This document shows positions 50,601 to 57,893 of a stretch of 60,527 nt of DNA, piece by piece. This stretch comes from a virus. Taxonomy: Duplodnaviria; Caudoviricetes. The position numbers and the translations under genes are program-made. The number at the start of each line of letters is the position of its first letter. Position 1 is the stretch's first letter. The notes beneath the pieces were generated by a model, which made no database searches, was not told the origin of the DNA, and was given only the letters and a program-made list of their open reading frames with translations. Where the stretch lies: IMG/VR virus record IMGVR_UViG_3300043811_000231, positions 1-60,527 of that record. One strand, 5' to 3'.

Positions 50601-52821
50601 TCAGCCCACGAGACGAAGGATTCGTCGGAGTGGTTTCTGGAACTGGAGTCGCCGTGCCAATACCTTCGGACGGGGGTGTTTTGCTTGGGGGCGTTAGAAT
50701 AATTTTACCGTCTTCTGCGGTTGTTCGCGTCCATCCTGCTTTTTCCAACTGCGGCATCACATTGTCTTTCAATCGAAGAGCCCCTGCGCCGCCGTTTTTA
50801 TATTTTAAATACTTCGGATCTATTGTGACTTTTTTAACTGCCTGTTGATACTGTTGCTGAGTGTTTGAGCGTGCCAAAAATTCTCCGTCTGTGCCTTGAG
50901 AATGGAGTAATTGGTCTGCGGGCTTTCGATAAGATGGATCTGCTTTTAAACTCGGATCGAACTCAATCATGACGCCTTTGTTAGCGCCTTGACCAATAGC
51001 CATTTCCGGCGAACCTGCCATATACAATCCAAGATGCCGAATTTCCGAATCACTTGTACCCGGATCAATGAACGACATTGCTGAATCCGGATCCATTTCT
51101 CTAAAAAAAGACTGTGGCCTACCGCCCGCATTCGCTGGTGGGTTGTTAACTGCGTTTTGAACCTGCTCTAGTGTGTACTGGCCTTGTGGAAGATGGTCCG
51201 GTACGTCCGGAAGATCGACCCCGCGACTGCGGAGGGTATTGAGATTGGTCGATCCGCCGGTCCCGTCCTCGCGCAACACGTCGATCTGGGTGTACCCAGG
51301 ACTCGTGATGCTTGGCATCGATGGATGTGTTTGCGGCCGTTGGACCGTGTACACGTACTTGTCGTCAGGCCGCGGGGCATCCTCGACGGATGGGTAAACC
51401 GGTGCCTCGGGAGCAAAGGCTGTGCTCGTGGACGGCGTGCCGCCTTCTGCCGTTGCTGCGGCCGTAATCGGTGTGGTTTCATCGATTCGACCGCCGGCGT
51501 CATATAACGCCAGTTTGGCCGGCTCGGGCTGCGGCGCGTCGTGGGGTTGGACTTCGGTGTTTGGGTCAAACGTTACCGACTTGTCTTCTGGGTTGAGCCC
51601 CAACGTGGCCGTGGCAGGCTGTTCCTGCGCCCCGCGCACCTCGGGCTGCCCGGGCATGAGCTGCTTTAGCTGCTGCGTCACAGTGGCTGGGTCTTGGCCT
51701 GTTTTTGCAGCAATGACGGGAACTGCCTCGGCAGGCGTTTTTCCATCCAAATCAGCGCCACTGACGCCTTTGAAAGCTTTGATGATCTGCCCAGCTAATT
51801 CACCGCCGGCATGCAACACAACGCCGCTCACGAACGCGCCGCCGATGCGTTCAGCTGCCGCTCCAACGCCTGTTTGGTCAGGTTGGTTTGCCTGTTGAGC
51901 AAGACTTTGACGAATCGGTTCAAGAGCGGTTTGCTGAACGGCAACATTTTTCCCAGCATTCAAAAGCCTACCCGTCAAACTTGCTCCTTTTTCAAGTTCT
52001 CCACCTACCGGTATAAAATTTGTCGGGTCTGTAAGATTGCCGCCAATTTCCCCAGCGACAGAAAGTGCCTTTTCGCCAACTCCTGTCGCGGGAGGCAAGT
52101 CCTGGTAGGACTGCTGCTCTCCGGATTGTTTGGCCTGCGCTACTGCGACTTGGTCTTGTGCGGAACGAAGGGCTGCGAGATTTTCCGGAGTGGAAAATTG
52201 ACGTACCCGCGCTTGCGCCTTGGTCAAAGCAGCGTTGAGCCGGTCGTCAGTATACCCTGCGAAGGGTTTGTCGAGATCGCTGTCCGGATTAATCGAGGCC
52301 GTCAACGCGCCCTGAAGTCCGCCACCGCCCTGCGCCCGGGCGGCTTTTTCATCCTGAATCTGTTTTAACAAATCCTGCGCCTCCAAAAGCTGCTGCGGAG
52401 CTGTGGGCGCACCGTACCCGGACGGGTTCGAAACGATTTCCTTCACTTTGGGCATTTCCGAAGCTGCCACCATCTCACCGGGGATGGTGGACTCGACGGC
52501 GTGCATAAAATGCAGCCCGTACCGTTCGATCGGTGTAACCGGAGTGTCGAAATCGAATTTGGCATACCCTTGGTTGAAAGCAGCGACGCGCGCCTGCTTT
52601 TCATCGTTGGTCAAACCCGCATCGTTGAGCGTGCTGGTGATGTACGGATGCTCAGGAGCAACGGGGGCGCTCGGATCGAATGTTGGCGTTTTGGCGACCG
52701 GTTGGGACGGCGCGCGCGCCGGCGGGACGTCAGGCTCGACCGGGGCATTAGGATCAAAGGCACCGGCCGGAGGCGCCGGGGCGTCAAGTACCGTCACAGG
52801 GCCGTTTGGATCGAAAGGCAT
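47671..52821 (-). CDS. Large internal virion / DNA ejection (polyvalent) protein
   Basis: 1716 aa, Ala/Gly-rich and helical; last of three ejection-like genes; N-terminal FDPxxP repeats. Confidence 0.7.
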   Translation of the reverse strand: MPFDPNGPVTVLDAPAPPAGAFDPNAPVEPDVPPARAPSQPVAKTPTFDPSAPVAPEHPYITSTLNDAGLTNDEKQARVAAFNQGYAKFDFDTPVTPIERYGLHFMHAVESTIPGEMVAASEMPKVKEIVSNPSGYGAPTAPQQLLEAQDLLKQIQDEKAARAQGGGGLQGALTASINPDSDLDKPFAGYTDDRLNAALTKAQARVRQFSTPENLAALRSAQDQVAVAQAKQSGEQQSYQDLPPATGVGEKALSVAGEIGGNLTDPTNFIPVGGELEKGASLTGRLLNAGKNVAVQQTALEPIRQSLAQQANQPDQTGVGAAAERIGGAFVSGVVLHAGGELAGQIIKAFKGVSGADLDGKTPAEAVPVIAAKTGQDPATVTQQLKQLMPGQPEVRGAQEQPATATLGLNPEDKSVTFDPNTEVQPHDAPQPEPAKLALYDAGGRIDETTPITAAATAEGGTPSTSTAFAPEAPVYPSVEDAPRPDDKYVYTVQRPQTHPSMPSITSPGYTQIDVLREDGTGGSTNLNTLRSRGVDLPDVPDHLPQGQYTLEQVQNAVNNPPANAGGRPQSFFREMDPDSAMSFIDPGTSDSEIRHLGLYMAGSPEMAIGQGANKGVMIEFDPSLKADPSYRKPADQLLHSQGTDGEFLARSNTQQQYQQAVKKVTIDPKYLKYKNGGAGALRLKDNVMPQLEKAGWTRTTAEDGKIILTPPSKTPPSEGIGTATPVPETTPTNPSSRGLIAGSAAEKWADSVIKERGFGTGATNTIDPQIFAAYVVKGAATLERGITKFTDWSKEMMDRFGESVQPHLENLFRAARELHGEGTAAGTATPDDIQDFVADYRNGSGQKQIEDSTQAPGSATRTEAAQSGILTDNSPGIRGMLKKIAGESAPRTSALSEDSGNALVRYASAAQAGPEIAAAHAGVVLGDHIHDEDFAKKLGAVLVEDRLQAIKTGLLREAGKAAAAGDKETFQEFFQHAQNVTSIVGKEDSPFKTKAELDAAMKDPEIQEAIQRHKDIVQPIAQKQHADLGGTVAQPGLDTGAFVNLEPKDEAGEPISGPKGTGTRKGDLTAPLKKGSAFTKQAYGTADNYETDYNKIARRMITGNFEETAKRQMYDQLQKDGLAVVPPGEKPPEINGRTPRKIQIERKGLPGGSGRTLIRNMYVDPRVYPEVTRAMNLDETFKSGALSHISNVLNKIQLKGPVNAVFHVMNLITSIAGSPGGKSVVSDLARRLPGVNIVDALTRISSRAASVVADSAEVRADIAKLAQTGAGRAPFESTSATGRLIHLVDKAARLVRNDMYDNMVARGWAKDSEAARREFINQVGQYNPRLQGQISARLKDWGVSPFVVAGQSFNRQALRRVTGSPGVTAASTSAAIKMRAAELGTLVTGLFAVPMAINYAINGKPFGRTGVPLGAIDTGKTAANGKAIIVDPQQWTGVRRGMRLTGANAVASGLMRGESSGKIIDNAGQDIIGGFLHPYAGPLVNAGVTLGTGYNASFYKQASPAGPGGSQLAQNAIAAVKQLNPLVGNAIQGVTQDKSGPGVMTDLKNGNFGDVGEALLKGAARPLENAVGVKEAAVQSPEQQIRAAAGRYTESLGIARGGGGFDQPSQYSALTTALRENDVEKAKDTLQQLIQAKAEQIPGNITDATKQAIAKREIMQYFLKDAASKSPFTGSVAREVAFKRTLDSSQQQLYQQAISERRALVPQVRTLLYAH

Positions 52822-52860
52822 TAACGTACCTTCGACGAAAATCCGCCGTTCGACAACCTT

Positions 52861-54279
52861 TTACGTGCCCATGGCTGCGGGCAACGACGGGATTTGCCCG
52901 GCACTGGGCTGCACGGCTTCCGCCGGCTCGGCTGAAGTTGGGCCGGTTTTGTGGTACCGAACCCCATTCTGCATAAAATAACTGTCAACCGGCAAATCGC
53001 TGAACTTGCTGGCCTTTTTACCCGAAACTGCGGGGGTACCGCCGGCTGGCTGGGATGTTCCGCTGCGGCCACTGCGGATTGGAACCGGATTCGGATTTCC
53101 GACCGAGGGCGATGCCAAGGCATTCTCCCCGGCCTTTGGAGGGGTTCCCAACGGACCCACGCCCGCCGTAGGGGTGTCCTGGGGCGCCGTAAGCGCCGGC
53201 GCCTTTACCGGAAGAGCTCCTGAAGGGCCGCTGTCGCCCGTGCGAGACACATCCTTAACGTCGCCAGATGACGAAGTCACGGAAGACGGTTTGATCGCCG
53301 CGCTCGCGCCTGTGCCCGGCGCGGCCGGCGAGGTTTGCAGTGGCGTAGTAGGTGCCGGAGTCGCCGGAATGCCGAGTTTGGCCGCAAGCGGCCCGTACGC
53401 ATTGAGCCCGTACTTGTTGACGGCCGCGGGATCTTGAAGCAGCGCGGAAAGAGCGGCACGATCAGACGCACTTTCCGGGCCTTTCGTGCCCATGCCCAAA
53501 AACGAAGACTTGGGCTGGCCGGTTTGGGAATTGAAATACTCGTCCACGAGCTTCTGCTGCGCGGCGTCGTTGGCCGCTTTTTGATCGGCTGCATCCTGGT
53601 CTGACTGCCCCCCTTGAGGAGCGACCCGAATCGTCATGATGCCTGTATCGGGATCAACCTGCGGAATTCCGGGCTGACGCGTGATTTGGCCAGTAGCAGG
53701 ATCGACGTGTTCCACATAGGCGGCACGCGGGATTCCACGGCCGCGCTCGTATGTTTGCTGGCTGCCTACGGGCTGACCTGTCGTCTTGTCAATTTCACTA
53801 GTGGTGGTAATTTGGTTGCCGTATGGATCGAGAGTGCCGGGCTTGACAACGGTATTGTACGGCGCCGCTGCCGGATTGTCTTTATACGTTTCCGCCGCAA
53901 AGTAACCGCCGCGGGCCTGAGCTTCTCCCGCTTGAGACAACAGCAACTGACCCTCGTTTTTCAAGTTGTCCAACTGCTGGCCCAACAAAGCTTTTCTTTG
54001 AGGGTTGGTTTCTTGTTCGAAGGCGAGTTGAGTTTGAGCCATTCGATTTTTGAGATCCTGAGCCTGCTGCTGAAGCTGAATATTTTTCTGAGTGGCTGCA
54101 GACTCAGTTTCGGCCTGACTTGCTTGTGCCGCAGCCAAACGTTGCTGCACCGGAAACGCCTGGGCGCGCTGCGCCATTTCCTGACGAATCATATTCTGTT
54201 GAATCTGCGCCTGTGCAGCTTCCTGAATCTGATCGCCTGGCTGTTTGTACCCCTGCTCAGCTAAAGTTATGTAGGGCAT
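52861..54279 (-). CDS. Internal virion / ejection protein
   Basis: Gln/Ala-rich coiled coil; synteny. Confidence 0.6.
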   Translation of the reverse strand: MPYITLAEQGYKQPGDQIQEAAQAQIQQNMIRQEMAQRAQAFPVQQRLAAAQASQAETESAATQKNIQLQQQAQDLKNRMAQTQLAFEQETNPQRKALLGQQLDNLKNEGQLLLSQAGEAQARGGYFAAETYKDNPAAAPYNTVVKPGTLDPYGNQITTTSEIDKTTGQPVGSQQTYERGRGIPRAAYVEHVDPATGQITRQPGIPQVDPDTGIMTIRVAPQGGQSDQDAADQKAANDAAQQKLVDEYFNSQTGQPKSSFLGMGTKGPESASDRAALSALLQDPAAVNKYGLNAYGPLAAKLGIPATPAPTTPLQTSPAAPGTGASAAIKPSSVTSSSGDVKDVSRTGDSGPSGALPVKAPALTAPQDTPTAGVGPLGTPPKAGENALASPSVGNPNPVPIRSGRSGTSQPAGGTPAVSGKKASKFSDLPVDSYFMQNGVRYHKTGPTSAEPAEAVQPSAGQIPSLPAAMGT

Positions 54280-54282
54280 TTG

Positions 54283-55143
54283 TTATGCAATAAAATCAGT
54301 GGCTAGACTGTCAGAAGTCGGAGAGCTCCCCTCAACAGGAGTGTAGCCGCCGCCGCCTGCCGAAGGCCCGTTGATACTGTTGTACAAAGAATAAATTCCT
54401 TGTGCCGACTGAATACCTGTACCAATCGCGTTTCCAATATTTGGTTGTTGCACGTACGTCGGCTGCGGACTGTATGGATTGTTTCCGAGGAGCCCAGTCG
54501 TAATTTGAGCCTGTTGTTGATAAGGTGCGTAAAGTGCTTGGTTGACCTGCCCCAAATATGTCGAAGGCTGAGCAACCAAACTTTCGCCAAGTCCGACAGC
54601 CCCCTGCTGAAGCTGCCGTTCCTGCTGGTAATTTTGAGACAGGATTCCGGCACGTGTCTGTGCCGCCTGATTAGCCGTCGCCGCCGTGCCCGCCTGCTGT
54701 GCCTGCTGCATTGCGGTGGAAAAACCAAGACCGTTATTAGCGTAATTCGCCTGCGTTCTCGCGTTCTCGTTTTGGCCCTGGCTGATTATCGAATTATACG
54801 CCTGATTAGCGTAGTTATTGACGATTGGAGAAGTGAGATCGCCTCCCGCAAGTTCGTTGCTCGTGTACGCGTTTGCCGATCCCAACAAGGGATTGCTCGC
54901 CGCACTGTTTAATGAATTTGCGTATGCTTGGGACGCTGCGACTGCCTGCGGATTCACGGTGCCGTTGTTTAGCGCCCCGTAAATGTTGTTCATCGAGGTA
55001 ACGGCTCCCTCGTTGGGCGTGTTCATCTGCCCATAAGCATTATAAAACGTAGGCGGCAGTTGTTGCGGTTGTGACGCATTCATCGACCCGTACGCGGAAA
55101 GCCCACCCCCAACAACGGCTCCGATTGCTGCAATGTAGCCCAT
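54283..55143 (-). CDS. DNA ejection / pilot protein
   Basis: Gly/Ala hydrophobic N-terminus (AAIGAVVGGGLSAYGS), Gln/Asn/Ala-rich. Confidence 0.65.
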   Translation of the reverse strand: MGYIAAIGAVVGGGLSAYGSMNASQPQQLPPTFYNAYGQMNTPNEGAVTSMNNIYGALNNGTVNPQAVAASQAYANSLNSAASNPLLGSANAYTSNELAGGDLTSPIVNNYANQAYNSIISQGQNENARTQANYANNGLGFSTAMQQAQQAGTAATANQAAQTRAGILSQNYQQERQLQQGAVGLGESLVAQPSTYLGQVNQALYAPYQQQAQITTGLLGNNPYSPQPTYVQQPNIGNAIGTGIQSAQGIYSLYNSINGPSAGGGGYTPVEGSSPTSDSLATDFIA

Positions 55144-55145
55144 GG

Positions 55146-55658
55146 TTATGTTTTCGGATTACAAACGATGCGGTCCATCGCCTGATACCGGGCTTCATCA
55201 AATGGTTGATTCGGGCAGCAGAAATCCCAGGCTACACGAGCGCCTGCAGCTGTTCCAAGAGAATCGAAAGAAATCCGTTTCACAGTGCTAAAAAAGGCTT
55301 CCAGAGCTTGTAAACCTCTTTCTGTTTCGTCAAATGCTTTCTCAGCCCGTCCATCCAAAAATACCCCATAGTGCCTGCGATGGCTGTCCAGAGCGATTGA
55401 TTTATTACGTTCGATTACAAGTACAGGGCATTCACGGTACAATGCTGAGAACAAGACCCTTTTGACCAAAATCCCAGAATCGGAAATCCCCACATTTTGA
55501 TGGGGGAGATTTTTCACGTATTCCGCCATCGCCAAAAAATTCATGGAAAACCAAGTAATCGGCTCATGAAGACAAAGTGTAGCTCCCGAACTCAGAAACG
55601 CCGCCATCCACGTGGTTCGTGATCGAGGATAACCGGTAACAAGAAAATTACGCTTCAC
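55146..55658 (-). CDS. Sulfotransferase-like (P-loop) protein
   Basis: FLVTGYPRSRTTW...HEP resembles the 5'-PSB loop; GTG start overlaps upstream TGA. Confidence 0.65.
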   Translation of the reverse strand: MKRNFLVTGYPRSRTTWMAAFLSSGATLCLHEPITWFSMNFLAMAEYVKNLPHQNVGISDSGILVKRVLFSALYRECPVLVIERNKSIALDSHRRHYGVFLDGRAEKAFDETERGLQALEAFFSTVKRISFDSLGTAAGARVAWDFCCPNQPFDEARYQAMDRIVCNPKT

Positions 55659-56209
55659 AGTTCCTTTTGAGCCAAAGCCGCCCAAACCGGGAGACGCGCA
55701 CCGATAAGAATGACCGATGCCACTTTCGGAGGAATGCCTAAAATCAAGGCGGTGATAGCGGTAAACGCGCCTGGATTCGGGTGCAGTTTTTTCCCGCGCT
55801 GGTGCAGCAACTCTGTAACCGCCTTTATCTTCTCAGCGCTTTCGGGAAAAACTTGCAACGCTCTTGAAACGGATTCCCAGAGTGGATCCGGGCACTCTTT
55901 AAAAAACGAATTTCCCCAGCCTTGGACAATCTCATGGTTATCCAATGATTTTTCAACAGACTCTAAAAGCAAGTCCATCGGCTGACTAAGACGCCCGTAA
56001 ATAGCTTCAATTGGCGCATGTTTTCCTCCGAAAGTTAAAACTGCCGAAGCAACTGCCATCTCAAACGAACCAGAACCGCCCGCTGAATTTTTCAACGCAC
56101 AGGTGCTGGCATTTTCTCTGAAAGCCGACATCCGATGAGCTTGCTCAACTTCGAATACCAGAGCTTCTTCATTCTTCGTGAGTGGAAGATCTCTCCAAAA
56201 AACGATCAT
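55655..56209 (-). CDS. Citrate synthase / citryl-CoA lyase-fold protein, catalytically divergent
   Basis: NAST, GGKHAP, GWGN, DPL, HPNPG, ARLPVWAA align in order with citrate synthase motifs. Confidence 0.7.
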   Translation of the reverse strand: MIVFWRDLPLTKNEEALVFEVEQAHRMSAFRENASTCALKNSAGGSGSFEMAVASAVLTFGGKHAPIEAIYGRLSQPMDLLLESVEKSLDNHEIVQGWGNSFFKECPDPLWESVSRALQVFPESAEKIKAVTELLHQRGKKLHPNPGAFTAITALILGIPPKVASVILIGARLPVWAALAQKEL

Positions 56210-56550
56210 GGTGCCTCCGCAGCAACGCCCGCTTTCGCCGGACCTTGGTACGCCACGTCGCGCCGTTTTGCAATTTCATCAACCTTGGTTTTGATCTCAT
56301 AAATGGCGGTTTTCATGTCGGCGAGCTGGTTTTTTTCGTCCGCCTGCTCCGCTTGAACCGCAACCATGGTTGCCCGGGTTTCTGCGCCTGTCTCAACATT
56401 TTCGCACCAACGCCCCACCCGGTAAGCGAGTCCGCAAAGGACGCCGCTCGCTACGATGACACTGACAAGAGTTCTCCATGTAGGACGCATGCTGCCTTCA
56501 TCAACATCCCTATCGTCATCTCTTCGCCTCCAATGTTTCGGGGGTGCCAT
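56206..56550 (-). CDS. Membrane protein with coiled coil (i-spanin/holin-like)
   Basis: One TM helix then heptad pattern; lysis context. Confidence 0.5.
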   Translation of the reverse strand: MAPPKHWRRRDDDRDVDEGSMRPTWRTLVSVIVASGVLCGLAYRVGRWCENVETGAETRATMVAVQAEQADEKNQLADMKTAIYEIKTKVDEIAKRRDVAYQGPAKAGVAAEAP

Positions 56551-56556
56551 TGTTTT

Positions 56557-57180
56557 TTAATTTGTAAAACAGGCATTTATCGCGGCTTCGTAGTTGGGAA
56601 AAATGTGATGCGCTCGGACGCTAAAGATCGGAACCCCGGGCGCCGGCGAGATGCTGACCGTATTCGGTATGCTCTGGTAACCAGGCGCGGCCAGAGGAAC
56701 GATGTCTCCCTCCACCCACACGTGCGATAATACGTTGGCTTTGTTGAGCACGTCCGCACTGACCAACCGCGGACACGCAAAAACAACCGCCGGAATACCA
56801 AGGATAGCAGAGAGAGTTATGGCCAGCGGACCCCCGCGGCTGTGCCCACAAACGCCGCCGATTTCGTAAGCGTTGAGCGGTTTGCCGGAGAGCCATCGCC
56901 ACGAACGCACTGTCTGCCAGATGCCACGCGACATTGCACCGAGCGGTGTATCTACCGGCAAGAAGTCAAAATCAAGAATCCACTCCTCGCCGTCGCGTGT
57001 ACCAGCGATGCCTAGAATCGGCTTACCCCCAGGCCCCGGTACGAGCGCACCGTACGGCAACGGCCCATCAAGATCGTCGGCGAGCAGCGTGTCGATCAAT
57101 CCCGACTCTGTACCGGAACCGGTAAGAGGGAGATTGTAAGCCGCTTCCTGTGCTGGAAAAAAGGAGCGGGGGTCGAACAT
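56557..57180 (-). CDS. Class 3 lipase (alpha/beta hydrolase)
   Basis: IAGT...WILDFD lid, GHSRGG nucleophile elbow, FACPR, GDIVP, AHH. Confidence 0.88.
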   Translation of the reverse strand: MFDPRSFFPAQEAAYNLPLTGSGTESGLIDTLLADDLDGPLPYGALVPGPGGKPILGIAGTRDGEEWILDFDFLPVDTPLGAMSRGIWQTVRSWRWLSGKPLNAYEIGGVCGHSRGGPLAITLSAILGIPAVVFACPRLVSADVLNKANVLSHVWVEGDIVPLAAPGYQSIPNTVSISPAPGVPIFSVRAHHIFPNYEAAINACFTN

Positions 57181-57182
57181 AA

Positions 57183-57635
57183 CTATTGAGGCACAAGCGA
57201 TGGGTTGGCCTGAGCCACGGCGATGGCGGCATTGATTCCGGCGGCAAAGTCTTTCAACTGGCTCCACTCAGCGCCGGTAATAAGAGTCGGGTTACTACCC
57301 GAATTAACCTTCGCAATGTCTCCATTAAGCGCGTCGAGTGCGGACACGCCGGTAAGATCCGCCTTGGTGTGGGACAAATTGGCGATAATCCCGGCCAAAA
57401 TCGTGTTATCGGCCGGCGTAAGCGCCGTGCCCGAGGCAACGCCTGGCAAATCGTTGGCGAGCTGCTGAAGCTGGGACACCGTGGCGATCTTATTTTGAAT
57501 CGAGTACGCCGCGCCAATCTCGCCAGTGTTGGCCACAAGATCAGCTGCGGCCGTGGCTTGAACTTGGGCAGTCGTGCAAGCAGAAGTAAACAGAAGCGCG
57601 AGCAGCGCGACGGATAGGACAAGGACGTTTTTCAT
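57183..57635 (-). CDS. Lipoprotein (o-spanin-like position)
   Basis: MKNVLVLSVALLALLFTSA-C lipobox. Confidence 0.7.
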   Translation of the reverse strand: MKNVLVLSVALLALLFTSACTTAQVQATAAADLVANTGEIGAAYSIQNKIATVSQLQQLANDLPGVASGTALTPADNTILAGIIANLSHTKADLTGVSALDALNGDIAKVNSGSNPTLITGAEWSQLKDFAAGINAAIAVAQANPSLVPQ

Positions 57636-57892
57636 GGTATGGTTGATTTCGTTGGGTCTGGCAGCGGCTGCCCAGCACGGGCCACCGTTTGATTGAGATA
57701 CGCTAGCAGCGTTGTGCCTGCCAAGGCAAGCACCTTGACGCAGTCGAGAATGATTTGCCCGCGAGTAAGCGCCGACAGTTCGGCCGGTGTAAGGCTGCCA
57801 AAAACGTCCTCAACCGCCATTGCATTCGTCACGACGAAAAAAATCACGCCGGTCAAAATCGACCTTCCGTACTTTTTTAAAAAAGAGAGCAT
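57632..57892 (-). CDS. Putative holin
   Basis: 86 aa, two hydrophobic helices, basic N-terminus. Confidence 0.55.
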   Translation of the reverse strand: MLSFLKKYGRSILTGVIFFVVTNAMAVEDVFGSLTPAELSALTRGQIILDCVKVLALAGTTLLAYLNQTVARAGQPLPDPTKSTIP

Positions 57893-57893
57893 G

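Noticed and set aside
55655-56209. Functional citrate synthase as an auxiliary metabolic gene
   Set aside because: Too short (184 aa) and lacks the second catalytic His and the catalytic Asp
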